Notes: generated by a model not told the origin, from the letters alone. 64,000 nt of DNA from an uncultured delta proteobacterium (GCA_963822965.1 CAWGJT010000010.1:672001-736000), one strand, 5' to 3'. Numbered from the stretch's first letter, positions 29,485-38,936 are shown. Translations and numbers: made by a program.

Positions 29485-29511
29485 AAAAAAAATCTTTCCG
29501 ATCGGAAAGAT
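29485..29511 (-). terminator. Intrinsic terminator (or operator) after the NIPSNAP-like gene
   Basis: Perfect 20-bp palindrome ATCTTTCCGATCGGAAAGAT followed by a T-tract on the minus strand. Confidence 0.6.
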
Positions 29512-29536
29512 GGACCCGGCTCCAGAAAGGAACGCC

Positions 29537-30268
29537 TCACACCGGCCAGGCCGGGGGCCCCATGGGGGTTCCCGGGCACGGGATCAGGATCTCCTCGCGC
29601 CAGTGCCGGCGCAGCCCCCGGGCACGGGCCCGCCACGCGGGGATCCGCGGGTCCGCGCGGGCACCGGGCGAGTCGAAGCCCCGGGCCGCGTCGGTGGCGC
29701 GGGCCAGCGCCACGTGGGACTCGAGATCCGTGGCCCACAGGGTGCACGTCTCGCTCTCCCCGAAGAGGACCTCCCAGGCGCCGACGAGCCGGTGCCCGTG
29801 CTCCGCCATCACCGGCGCCCACTCGCGCTCGACGGCGCCGAGGTAGTCCAGGGCGCCGCCGGGCGGCACCGCGGCCAGCTGGTGGACGAAGATCTCCCCC
29901 TTCACGTCCTGCTCCCGGAGGCCGGCCAGGTCGAGGCAGCCGGGGCCGGCGCCGAGCAGGCGGTCGAAGCCGCCGCTGCGCCAGCCCGACGCCTCGCGCC
30001 ACCAGGCGGCCAGCTCGGGATTGGCCTCCCGGCGCAGGTTCGTGCGAGCGCACAGGCGGCGCCAGCCCTCCCAGCCGTCCACGAGCTCCCACACGTTCAC
30101 GACCTGGGGCCAGCGGCCCGTCGATCCCTGGACGTACCACGTGCCGTAGAGCGTGAGCCCGCGGTCCGCGATGGTGTCCGCGTCGAAGCCGACGACGCTG
30201 CGCTCCATGTACGGGACGGCGCCTTCGCCCACGATGTCGATGGTCTCGTGCAGGTGGAGGGCGCGCAC
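29537..30268 (-). CDS. NIPSNAP-like tandem-domain protein
   Basis: [30 protein letters not shown], second domain [10 protein letters not shown]...TLWA. Confidence 0.6.
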   Translation of the reverse strand: MRALHLHETIDIVGEGAVPYMERSVVGFDADTIADRGLTLYGTWYVQGSTGRWPQVVNVWELVDGWEGWRRLCARTNLRREANPELAAWWREASGWRSGGFDRLLGAGPGCLDLAGLREQDVKGEIFVHQLAAVPPGGALDYLGAVEREWAPVMAEHGHRLVGAWEVLFGESETCTLWATDLESHVALARATDAARGFDSPGARADPRIPAWRARARGLRRHWREEILIPCPGTPMGPPAWPV

Positions 30269-30400
30269 CGGAACCTCGAGGCGACGGGAGAAGACCGAGC
30301 CGGAGAGAGTACCATCGAGGCGGCGTGTGCGGTGAGGGCCCGCGGGCCACGGACGGCGCGGAGCCCCGCGGTGCCCAGCAGGCAAAGGAGTCCAGGGAAC

Positions 30401-31177
30401 ATGAAGCTCGAAGGAAAGCACGTGGTCGTGACCGGGGGCGCATCGGGGATCGGACGCGCGCTCGCGCTGCGCTTCGCGGAAGAGGGAGCCCGGGGCGTGG
30501 TCGTGTGCGATCTCGACGCTTCGGGGGCCGAGGCGGTGGCGTCCCGCTTCGGCGGGCTGGGCCTGGGGGTCGACGTCACCGACGAGGCGCAGGTGCGAGA
30601 CCTGGTCGCCCGGGCCGAACGAGAGAACGGGCCCATCGATCTCTTCTGCTCCAACGCGGGCATCGGCATTCCGGGTGGCGTCGAGGTGCCCGACGCCGAC
30701 TGGACGCGCATCTGGAACGTGAACGTGATGGCTCACGTCTACGGTGCCCGCGCCGTGCTGCCGGGAATGCTGGAGCGGGGGGAGGGCTACCTGCTCAACA
30801 CGGCCTCGGCGGCGGGGCTCCTCACCCAGATCGGATCGGCGCCCTACGCGGTCACCAAGCACGCCGCGGTGGCTCTCGCCGAGTGGCTGGCGATCACCCA
30901 CGGCGACCAGGGCATCAAGGTGTCCGTGCTGTGCCCCCAGGCCGTGCGCACGGCCATGACCGCCGGTACCGAGAACGGCGGCGTCGCCGGGGTGGACGGC
31001 ATGATGGAGCCGGAGGAGCTGGCGGGCTGCGTCATCGAGGGGCTGGCCGCCGAACGCTTCCTGATCCTGCCCCATGAGACCGTGCTCCAGTACATGCAGC
31101 GCAAGACCGGCGACTACGACCGCTGGCTCGGCGGGATGCGGCGCCTGAACGCGCGCTTCCGCGGCACCATCGGCTGA
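30401..31177 (+). CDS. Short-chain dehydrogenase/reductase
   Basis: [18 protein letters not shown]. Confidence 0.9.
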   Translation: MKLEGKHVVVTGGASGIGRALALRFAEEGARGVVVCDLDASGAEAVASRFGGLGLGVDVTDEAQVRDLVARAERENGPIDLFCSNAGIGIPGGVEVPDADWTRIWNVNVMAHVYGARAVLPGMLERGEGYLLNTASAAGLLTQIGSAPYAVTKHAAVALAEWLAITHGDQGIKVSVLCPQAVRTAMTAGTENGGVAGVDGMMEPEELAGCVIEGLAAERFLILPHETVLQYMQRKTGDYDRWLGGMRRLNARFRGTIG

Positions 31178-31198
31178 CGGCGCGGCGCGTCCGGCGCT

Positions 31199-32446
31199 TC
31201 AGATCACCCGCCGCTCGCGCAGGCCCGCGATCTCGTCGTCGGCGAGATCCAGGGTCTCGCGCAGCACGCTCTCGGTGTGCTCGCCCAGGTGCGGAAAGCT
31301 CGTCAGGGGCCCCTCGGCAACCCGCGACAGCTTCACGGGATTCCCCACCACCTGCATCGGGCGATCGTCGTCGGGCCGCGGCACCTCGATCAGCATGTCG
31401 TGCGCCTGCACGTGGGGATCCGCGTGGATGTCGGCCGCGAGGTTGCTGGGACCCGCGGCGACACCCTGCCCGCACAGCACGCTGCAGGCCTCGAGGCGCG
31501 TCTTGTCGGCGGCCCAGCGCTCGATCGCCGGCCGCAGCACGCCTTCGATCTGCTGCGCCCACCCCTCGCGGGTGGCGAAGCGCGGGTCGTCGCACCACTC
31601 GGGGTGGCCCACGGTGCGCGCCAGGCGCTCGAAGTGGTGCTCGCGGAACACCGAGACGACGAACCAGCCGTCCCGGGCGGCGAAGCCGGCGACGATGCCG
31701 ATCGATCCCGCGGTGGCCCAGGCCGCAGGGGCGTCCATCGACCACAGATGCGGGACCATGTCCGACAGGGCCACCATGGCGTCGTACATGGAGATGTCCA
31801 CGTGCTGCCCGAGCCCGGTGCGGTCGCGGTGTCGCAGGGCGGCGAGCATGCCGATGATTCCGAAGAGCGCCGCTCCGTTGTCGCCGAGGGCGCCGGCCAC
31901 GACCACCGGAGGCGGCTGTCCCGGCTTGCGGGTGGGCTCGTAGAGGCCCGCCATGGCCTCGACGATGGGCGCGTAGGCGGGCCAGGCGGAGTACGGCGAA
32001 TCGCCCTGGTTGCCGAAGCCCGAGACCGAGACGTAGATGACCGCCGGGTCGACGGCGGCGATCGCCTCGTAGCCCAGGCCGAGGCGGTCCATGGCTCCCG
32101 GCGTGAAGTTCTCCGCGACGATGTCGAAGTGCGGGACCAGGCGCTTGAAGAGCGCGGCACCCTCGGGCTTCTTCAGGTCGATGCCGATGCTCTGCTTGCC
32201 GAGGTTGTTGCGCAGGTAGGTGGCGCCGACGCGCCGGCCGTCCACGTCCGTGAGCCAGGGCTGGGCCCCGCGCCCGGACTCGCCGTGCACGGGGTGCTCC
32301 ACCTTGACCACTCGAGCGCCGAGGTGACCCATGAGCTGGGTCGCATAGGGGAGCGCCTGCATCTGCTCGGCGGCCAGGATGCGCACCCCGTCCAGCGGCT
32401 TTCCCCACTGCAGACGCTCGCGCTTGCGGATCTCCCCGATTCGCAC
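31199..32446 (-). CDS. Family III CoA-transferase (CaiB/BaiF), tandem copy 2
   Basis: PLDGVRILAAEQMQALPY, ENFTPG, SVSGFG, GALGD. Confidence 0.9.
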   Translation of the reverse strand: MRIGEIRKRERLQWGKPLDGVRILAAEQMQALPYATQLMGHLGARVVKVEHPVHGESGRGAQPWLTDVDGRRVGATYLRNNLGKQSIGIDLKKPEGAALFKRLVPHFDIVAENFTPGAMDRLGLGYEAIAAVDPAVIYVSVSGFGNQGDSPYSAWPAYAPIVEAMAGLYEPTRKPGQPPPVVVAGALGDNGAALFGIIGMLAALRHRDRTGLGQHVDISMYDAMVALSDMVPHLWSMDAPAAWATAGSIGIVAGFAARDGWFVVSVFREHHFERLARTVGHPEWCDDPRFATREGWAQQIEGVLRPAIERWAADKTRLEACSVLCGQGVAAGPSNLAADIHADPHVQAHDMLIEVPRPDDDRPMQVVGNPVKLSRVAEGPLTSFPHLGEHTESVLRETLDLADDEIAGLRERRVI

Positions 32447-32495
32447 GGGCGGGAGTATACGCACTCGCCCCGCACGCCGAAGCCGCGACGTCGCT

Positions 32496-33743
32496 TCAGG
32501 CGATGACCCCCTCCGCGCGCAGGCTCGCGATCTCCTCGTCGCTGATGCCCGGGGCCTCCCGCAGCACCGCGTCCGTGTGCTCGCCCAGCATCGGGAAGCG
32601 GCGGACCGGACCCTCGGCGACCCGGGAGAGCTTCACCGGGTTGCCCACGACCTGCAGGGGCTCGGGGGCGTCGGGGCGCGGGACCTCGATCAGCATGTTT
32701 CGCGCCTCCACGTGCGGGTCCTTGCGGAGATCGTCGGCGGTGTTGCTGGGGCCGGCCGCGACGCCCTGCCGGCACAGCTCCTGGCAGGCTTCGAGCTTGC
32801 TGCGGCTCGCCGCCCAGGCCTCGATGGCCGGGCGGAAGATCGGCTCGATGTACCGGTGCCAGTCCTCGCGTCGGGCGAAACGCGGATCGTCCTTCCAACC
32901 AGGCTCGCCGATCGCGTCGGCGAGCTGGTGCAGATGGTGGTCGCGGATCACCTCGATCACGAAGTAGCCGTCCCGGGCGCGGAAGCTGTCGATGATCCAG
33001 GGGCCGCCCCCGGCGATGCTCGGCACCCCCATGGAGGCCATGAAGGGCACGAGGTCGGCCATGGCGATCATGGCGTCGTACATGGCGATGTCCACGTGCT
33101 GGCCGAGCCCCGTGCGCTCCCGATGGCGCAGCGCCGAGAGCGTTCCGATCACGGCGAACATGGCGCTGCCGATGTCGCCCAGGGCCCCGGCCACGAGGGG
33201 CCGCGGTCGTTCGTCCTCGCTGCGTCGGTTCTGCTCGTAGAAGCCCGCCATCGCCTCCGGGATGGGCGCGTAGGCGGGCCACGACGCATAGGGGCTCGGC
33301 GCCAGGTTCCCGAAGCCCGAGACCGAAACGTAGACGATGCGCGGATGGGCGGCGGACACGGTCGCGTAGTCGAGCCCCAGGCGCGCCATGGTGCCGGGCT
33401 TGAAGTTCTCGGCCACCACGTCGAAGCCCGCGGCGAGCCGCAGGAACAGATCGCGCCCGCGCGGCGACTTGAGGTCGATCCCGATGCTCCGCTTGGAGAG
33501 GTTGTTGCGGAGGTAGGTGGCGCCCACCTCCCGGCCGTCGAGGTCTCGCAGGGCCGGGCGCGATCCCCGGGCCGAATCTCCGGTCTTGGGGTGCTCCACC
33601 TTGACGACGTCGGCGCCGAGGTGCGCCATGAGCTGGGTCGCGTAGGGGAGGGCCTGCATCTGCTCGGCAGCCAGGATGCGCACGCCGTCGAGCGGCTTCC
33701 CAAAGCCGCCGCGTTCGGCTTCCCGCACCTCGTCGATTCGCAT
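32496..33743 (-). CDS. Family III CoA-transferase (CaiB/BaiF), tandem copy 1
   Basis: PLDGVRILAAEQMQALPY, ENFKPG, SVSGFG, GALGD. Confidence 0.9.
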   Translation of the reverse strand: MRIDEVREAERGGFGKPLDGVRILAAEQMQALPYATQLMAHLGADVVKVEHPKTGDSARGSRPALRDLDGREVGATYLRNNLSKRSIGIDLKSPRGRDLFLRLAAGFDVVAENFKPGTMARLGLDYATVSAAHPRIVYVSVSGFGNLAPSPYASWPAYAPIPEAMAGFYEQNRRSEDERPRPLVAGALGDIGSAMFAVIGTLSALRHRERTGLGQHVDIAMYDAMIAMADLVPFMASMGVPSIAGGGPWIIDSFRARDGYFVIEVIRDHHLHQLADAIGEPGWKDDPRFARREDWHRYIEPIFRPAIEAWAASRSKLEACQELCRQGVAAGPSNTADDLRKDPHVEARNMLIEVPRPDAPEPLQVVGNPVKLSRVAEGPVRRFPMLGEHTDAVLREAPGISDEEIASLRAEGVIA

Positions 33744-33906
33744 CGCTCGTCTCCCGACGGCGCTCGGGCGCGCCGCACGTCTCGCTTGGGGGCTGTCCGA
33801 AGATCCTATACGCTGCGATCCGCCGCTCCGTCGCCGCGGACGGCGTTCGCCCGATTGCGAGCCCGACTCCGAGCCCCGTGCTCGAGCGCCCAGGAGAGGA
33901 CCCTTC

Positions 33907-35088
33907 GTGGACTTCGAGCTTACCGAAGAGGAGCGACGCTTCGAGCACGAGGTCGAGTGCTTCCTGACCGAGAACCACTCGGACGACGTCATGGACGCCA
34001 ACCCCGAGCAGCTCTCGCAGACCGTCGAGACGCCCGCGAAGCGCGCCTTCATGCGCAAGCTCGCCGAGCAGGGCTGGCTGGGCATGTCGTGGCCCGCAGA
34101 GTACGGCGGCGCCGAGCGCGCCGGCATCTACGACTTCGTGCTCACCGAGGCGCTCTCGCGGGTGGGTGCGCCCCAGCCCGGCAAGGGCGTGGGCATCGTG
34201 GGCAAGACCATCATCCGGCACGGCAACGAGCGGCTGAAGTCGTACTTCCTGCCGCGCATCATCCGTGGCGAGGTCGAGTTCGCCATCGGCTACAGCGAGC
34301 CGGGCGCCGGCTCCGACGCCGCGGCCATGCAGCTGCGGGCCACGCGCGACGAGGCCCGCGGCGGCTGGGTGCTGAACGGGCACAAGATCTGGACCACGTC
34401 AGCGCACTTCGCGGACTGGTACTGGCTGGGGGCCCGGACCGACCCGGCCTCGAAGCACGGGGGCATCAGCCTGTTCATGATCCCCATGGACCACCCGGGC
34501 CTGGAGATCCACCCCACCTGGACCATCGGCGACGAGCGCACCAACGAGGTCTACTTCGACGACGTCTTCGTCGAGGACGACTTCGTGGTGGGCGAGGTGG
34601 GACGGGGCTGGACCTACATCTGCGAGGCCCTGGATCTCGAGCGCTTCGCGATGCTGCCGGTCGGGCCCCACGAGATGAAGATCCAGGCCCTCTGCGACTA
34701 CCTGAAGAGCGCCACCCGCGACGGCGAGCCCCTGCGAGACGATCCCGTCGTGCGGAGCCGGGTCGCCCACCTGGTGGCCGGGCTGGAGGTGGCTCGCATG
34801 CTGCAGCGACGCGTGATCAGCGAGGCCCTGAAGAGCCGCATCCCCACCGTCGAGTCGGCGATGTACAAGCTCTTCCAGTCCGAGTTGGGGCAGCGGGTGG
34901 CGAACGCCGCCCTGGACCTGATCGGACCGGGCGGGCAGCTCAAGCCCGAGACGCCGGGCGCACCGGTGGGCGGTCGCTTCGAGCGGTCGTACCGCTACAC
35001 GGTGGTCGACACCATCGGCGGCGGCACGTCGGAGATCCAGAAGAACATCATCGCCCGCCGCGGCCTCGGGCTGCCCAAGTGCTTCTGA
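33907..35088 (+). CDS. Acyl-CoA dehydrogenase, FadE26/FadE29-like (alpha/catalytic type)
   Basis: GTG after AGGAGAGG; GWLGMSWP, FAIGYSEPGAGSD, LNGHKIWT, ALDLERF, IGGGTSEIQKNII. Confidence 0.88.
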   Translation: MDFELTEEERRFEHEVECFLTENHSDDVMDANPEQLSQTVETPAKRAFMRKLAEQGWLGMSWPAEYGGAERAGIYDFVLTEALSRVGAPQPGKGVGIVGKTIIRHGNERLKSYFLPRIIRGEVEFAIGYSEPGAGSDAAAMQLRATRDEARGGWVLNGHKIWTTSAHFADWYWLGARTDPASKHGGISLFMIPMDHPGLEIHPTWTIGDERTNEVYFDDVFVEDDFVVGEVGRGWTYICEALDLERFAMLPVGPHEMKIQALCDYLKSATRDGEPLRDDPVVRSRVAHLVAGLEVARMLQRRVISEALKSRIPTVESAMYKLFQSELGQRVANAALDLIGPGGQLKPETPGAPVGGRFERSYRYTVVDTIGGGTSEIQKNIIARRGLGLPKCF

Positions 35089-35107
35089 GCGCAGGCGGAG
35101 CCGGGAC

Positions 35108-35986
35108 TTGAAGGTCCATCTGGTCGACGCGACGTTCGAGCTCTTCCGCGCCTTCTTCGGCGCACCCGAGGCGAAGGCGCCCGACGGCCGCGAGGTGGGC
35201 GCCACCCGAGGGCTCTTGCGGTCGCTGCTCTCGCTCCTTCGGGAGCGGGACGTCACCCACGTGGCCTGCGCGTTCGACACGGTGATCGAGTCGTTCCGCA
35301 ACGATCTCTTCGCCGGCTACAAGCGCGGCGACGGCATCGACGAGGCCCTGCTGGCGCAGTTTCCGCTGGCCGAAGCGGGCTGTCGCGCCCTGGGCCTCAC
35401 GACCTGGAGCCTGATCGAGTTCGAAGCGGACGACGCCCTCGCCACCGGCGCCGCTCGCTACGGCACCGACGCCGCGGTGGAGCAGGTGGTGCTGTGTTCG
35501 CCCGACAAGGACCTGTGCCAGTGCGTGATCGGCGACCGCGTGGTGTGCCTCGATCGCGTGCGGCGCACGCGCCGCGACGAGGCGGGCGTCTGGCAGAAGT
35601 TCGGCGTCGCACCGGCGTCGATCCCGGACTACCTGGCCCTCGTGGGGGACAGCGCGGACGGCATTCCCGGCATCGCGGGCTGGGGGGCGAAGTCGACGGC
35701 CAGCGTGCTCGCCCACTACGGGCACCTGGAGGCGATTCCGGACGACGCGTCCGCCTGGGCGGTGAAGCCCCGGGGCGCCGCGCGGCTCGCGGAGAACCTG
35801 GCTGCGAACCGCGAGCCGGCCGGCCTCTACAAGCGACTCGCGACCCTGCGCGAGGACGTGCCCCTCCCCGAGAGTCTCGACGACCTGCGCTGGCGCGGCG
35901 CGCGGCGGGACGCGCTGACGCGCTTCTGCGAAGAGCTGGGCGACGCCCGCCTGCTCGAGCGGGTGCCGCGCTTCGCGGACGGCTGA
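35108..35986 (+). CDS. Stand-alone 5'-3' exonuclease / flap endonuclease
   Basis: HLVDAT, AFD, FRNDLFAGYK, EADD, SPDKDL, LVGDSADGIPGIAGWGAKS. Confidence 0.9.
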   Translation: MKVHLVDATFELFRAFFGAPEAKAPDGREVGATRGLLRSLLSLLRERDVTHVACAFDTVIESFRNDLFAGYKRGDGIDEALLAQFPLAEAGCRALGLTTWSLIEFEADDALATGAARYGTDAAVEQVVLCSPDKDLCQCVIGDRVVCLDRVRRTRRDEAGVWQKFGVAPASIPDYLALVGDSADGIPGIAGWGAKSTASVLAHYGHLEAIPDDASAWAVKPRGAARLAENLAANREPAGLYKRLATLREDVPLPESLDDLRWRGARRDALTRFCEELGDARLLERVPRFADG

Positions 35987-36016
35987 AGGCCGGCTGCGAA
36001 GCGCCGCGGGACTGGC

Positions 36017-36604
36017 TCAGCCGTTCTCGCGGCTCCGGCGCAACGCGGCCGACACGTGGGCCCAGTTGGCGCGCGGGCTCCAGGTGGCACGCCAGTTGCT
36101 CGCACCCCCGAGTGGTGGCCGTGCCGCGCCCCGGGCGTAGTCCGCCGGCCAGCCGCCGGGAAGGCTCCCGAAGACGCGGTCCCAGAAGCGCGTCGTCACC
36201 CCGTGGTAGGCGCGGGGGTTCACGAAGTGGTGCGCCAGGTGGTGCGCGCGCAGCCGCTCCTGGCGGCGCGTGCGCGGCGCGCGGAAGTGGATGCGCCAGT
36301 GCACGTGCTCGTAGCGCGCGAATCCGGCCAGCAGACCCGCGAGCGCCGCCCCGGCGTGCAGGGGGCCGAGGGCGAGCGCCAGGGCGGCGAACACGACCAG
36401 CGCCGTGGGCACCCAGGCGATGGGCGAGGTGAAGACCGCCGCCGGCGTGCGGTGGTGCCCCCAGTGCAGCGGCGAGACGGGCGTGCGGAAGCGGTGCGCC
36501 AGCAGGCCGTGGATCGCGTACTCGACGAAGCTCCAGGAGAGCCAGCCGAGCAGCGCCGCGACGGCGAGGGTCGCGGGAAGCGACGAGAGCCATGCGAGGT
36601 CCAT
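36017..36604 (-). CDS. Sterol desaturase / fatty acid hydroxylase family protein (short)
   Basis: EYAIHGLLAH, HWGHH, YEHVHWRIH, HHLAHH, GVTTRFWDRVFGS. Confidence 0.82.
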   Translation of the reverse strand: MDLAWLSSLPATLAVAALLGWLSWSFVEYAIHGLLAHRFRTPVSPLHWGHHRTPAAVFTSPIAWVPTALVVFAALALALGPLHAGAALAGLLAGFARYEHVHWRIHFRAPRTRRQERLRAHHLAHHFVNPRAYHGVTTRFWDRVFGSLPGGWPADYARGAARPPLGGASNWRATWSPRANWAHVSAALRRSRENG

Positions 36605-36618
36605 CGGGCGGAAGGCTA

Positions 36619-36645
36619 GCCCTGATCCGTCATACGGATCAGGGC
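36619..36645. promoter_or_regulatory. Perfect inverted repeat, putative operator between divergent genes
   Basis: GCCCTGATCCGT-CAT-ACGGATCAGGGC directly upstream of a TAGCCT -10 on the minus strand. Confidence 0.55.
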
Positions 36646-36878
36646 GCAACTCCCAATGCTGTTCGGATTCACGCGGCTGCGCGGTCCGAGTCTGGCACCC
36701 GGATCTCCGGTCGGCTCCTGCCGGAGCGCAGCGCACCGGCAGGTCTCGGTCCACGGGCGCCGCGGGCGCCGCTGGCTTCGAGACGCGTCATGACCTAACC
36801 GTCCCGGGCCGGGGATCCCGCGCCCGCGGGAGGGAAGCCCGGGTCGCCCACTCGAAGAAGCAGCCACCTGGAGACGAG

Positions 36879-38048
36879 ATGGTCCAGCCCGACCCGCGCG
36901 ACGCGAAGCCCTGCAAACAGCTCGAGGCGGCGCGCGAGCTGCGCAGCCTGATCGATGCCAACGCCCGCAGGACGGGCTCCCGTGAGCTTGCCCGGGAGAC
37001 CGTGGAGGCCATGCGCCAGGCCGGGCTCTTCGGCGTCGTGAGCCCGCGCGAGGTGGGTGGCAGCGAGCTGCCGCTGCAGGACGTGCTCGACGTCTTCGAA
37101 GAGGTCGCGCGGGCGGACGGCTCGGCCGGCTGGTGCCTCATGGCCGGCGCAACCACCGTGGCCTACTTCGGGTCGTACTGCGAGCAGGGCTTCGTGGACC
37201 GGATGTTCGCCGGCGGGGTTCCCCTGGCGGCAGGCCAGTTCGCGCCCAACGGAACCGGCGTGCGGGAGGACGGCGGCTTCCGCATCACGGGTCGCTACCA
37301 GTTCGGCAGCGGCATTCACACCGCGGAGTGGGTGGGCGCGGGAATCCTCGTGCCGCCGGTCGAAGGCTCGGGCGACGCCTCGGAGTTCCGGTTCGCGGTG
37401 GTGCCGAAGGAGGAGGTCGAGCTGCGGGGCAACTGGGACGTGCTCGGGCTCCAGAGCACCGCGAGCTACGACTACGCGATCGACGGCGTGTGGGCGCCCG
37501 AGCACGCGACCTTCCTGTTCGCGGCGCCCACGCGACGGCGCGGCGGGCCGGTGTTCGAGCTGGGCGTGATGACGCTCACCGCCGTGGGCCACGCGGGCTG
37601 GGCGCTGGGTCTCACGCGCCGGGCCCTCGACGAGCTGATGGCCCTCAGCAAGACGAAGGTCCGCATGGGCGCGGGAGCCTTCCTGAAGGACAGCGAGCGG
37701 TTCCTCGACCACCTGGGGCGCATGGAGTCGCGCTACCGCGCCGCCCGCGCCTGGGTCCACCAGGCCTTCGACGCGGCCGAGCGCAACGTGACGAGCCGCG
37801 GTCGGGTGGATCCCACCGAGAGCGTGCTCGTGCGCCAGGCCACCGTCCACGCCACCCACGAGGCCGTGGACGTGATCCACCAGGCCTACCTCCTGGCGGG
37901 CACCACCAGCCTGCGGGACGGGCCCCTGCAGCGCTGCTTCCGGGACATCCACGCGGGCAGCCAGCACTTCTTCGCGAGCCCGGCCGCCACCCTCGAGCTG
38001 GCGCGGAACCTCCTCGAGAGCGCCCCGGACTCCGCGCTCGACGCCTGA
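36879..38048 (+). CDS. Flavin-dependent monooxygenase, acyl-CoA dehydrogenase fold (HsaA/IacA-like oxygenase component)
   Basis: ADGSAGW, GRYQFGSGIHTAEW, NWDVLGLQSTASYD, LQRCFRDIHAGSQH. Confidence 0.82.
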   Translation: MVQPDPRDAKPCKQLEAARELRSLIDANARRTGSRELARETVEAMRQAGLFGVVSPREVGGSELPLQDVLDVFEEVARADGSAGWCLMAGATTVAYFGSYCEQGFVDRMFAGGVPLAAGQFAPNGTGVREDGGFRITGRYQFGSGIHTAEWVGAGILVPPVEGSGDASEFRFAVVPKEEVELRGNWDVLGLQSTASYDYAIDGVWAPEHATFLFAAPTRRRGGPVFELGVMTLTAVGHAGWALGLTRRALDELMALSKTKVRMGAGAFLKDSERFLDHLGRMESRYRAARAWVHQAFDAAERNVTSRGRVDPTESVLVRQATVHATHEAVDVIHQAYLLAGTTSLRDGPLQRCFRDIHAGSQHFFASPAATLELARNLLESAPDSALDA

Positions 38049-38089
38049 CCGGATGTTGTAGACTGGCGGGCTCCGGAGGAGCCGCGCCC

Positions 38090-38869
38090 ATGACGCCGAT
38101 GCAGAACGGGATCTTCCGCCCGACGCTCCGACGCCTGGCTCCGCTCGTCGCGCTGGGGTGGCTCGTCGGCCTGTCCGGGACGGCGGCCGCGGCCTCCCCG
38201 GCCGACCCCGTCGAAGGCCACTCGGTCCGCATCGTGGGCATCAGCAAGCAGAAGTCGAGCTTCGGGGATCCGATCCGCGGCCTCGATTTTCTCGATCTCT
38301 CGTTTGCGGCGGACACGTTCCAGGCCGACGCCGTCTCCGGCAGCTACGAGCAGCGAGGCCGCCAGCTGCGCTTCCACGTGGATCCGGCGCGCTTGCGGGA
38401 CTACGAGGCTTCGTGGGAAGCGGCCTTCCTGGCCGACCTGCAAGCGCAGGGTCTCGAGCCCGAATCCGTCGCCTGCGAGACGACCCGGTCGAGGGTGAAG
38501 GGCAGGGTGCGGAACGGCCGCGTGAAGTTCACGGCGAGCTACCGCTTCCGGTGCACGGCGAGCGGCCCCTTCGGCGAGATGGACGCCAAGGCCAAGCGGG
38601 TCTTCCGCGGGCGCGGGACGCTCCAGTCGGGGCCGGCGGCGTTGCTGGGGCCGGGCGGCGTCCTGGGGAGCGGCAATGCCGGCCTGGTCGTGTGGATCCC
38701 GGTGCAGCCGTCGCAGACGACCGGCTCGGCAGGGTTCACGTTGGCGGTCGGCGGCGCGGGCCTCGCGGAGGAGCGAAGGGGCATCCGCCCGGAAGATCTC
38801 GAGGACCTCCTCTCCCCTGAAGAGGCGGACGCGCCGGCCACCGAAGAGACGGACGCGCCGGCTCCGTAG
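38090..38869 (+). CDS. Hypothetical secreted protein
   Basis: ATG after GGAGGAG; signal-peptide-like LVALGWLVGLSGTAAA; acidic tail with a 24-bp duplication at 38819-38866. Confidence 0.6.
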   Translation: MTPMQNGIFRPTLRRLAPLVALGWLVGLSGTAAAASPADPVEGHSVRIVGISKQKSSFGDPIRGLDFLDLSFAADTFQADAVSGSYEQRGRQLRFHVDPARLRDYEASWEAAFLADLQAQGLEPESVACETTRSRVKGRVRNGRVKFTASYRFRCTASGPFGEMDAKAKRVFRGRGTLQSGPAALLGPGGVLGSGNAGLVVWIPVQPSQTTGSAGFTLAVGGAGLAEERRGIRPEDLEDLLSPEEADAPATEETDAPAP

Positions 38870-38907
38870 CGCGGCAGGGCCCCCCGGGTGGCGCCAGCCC
38901 GGGCCGA

Positions 38908-38936
38908 TTTACTATACGCTACGTATCGTATATATT
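38908..38936 (+). promoter_or_regulatory. Sigma70-type promoter with palindromic operator in the spacer
   Basis: TTTACT-17 nt-TATATT; near-perfect palindrome TATACGCTACGTATCGTATA at 38913-38932; AT-rich island in GC-rich DNA. Confidence 0.72.

Noticed and set aside
35108..35986. Truncated polA
   Set aside because: Complete stand-alone FEN-type protein with a normal C-terminus and no polymerase remnant downstream
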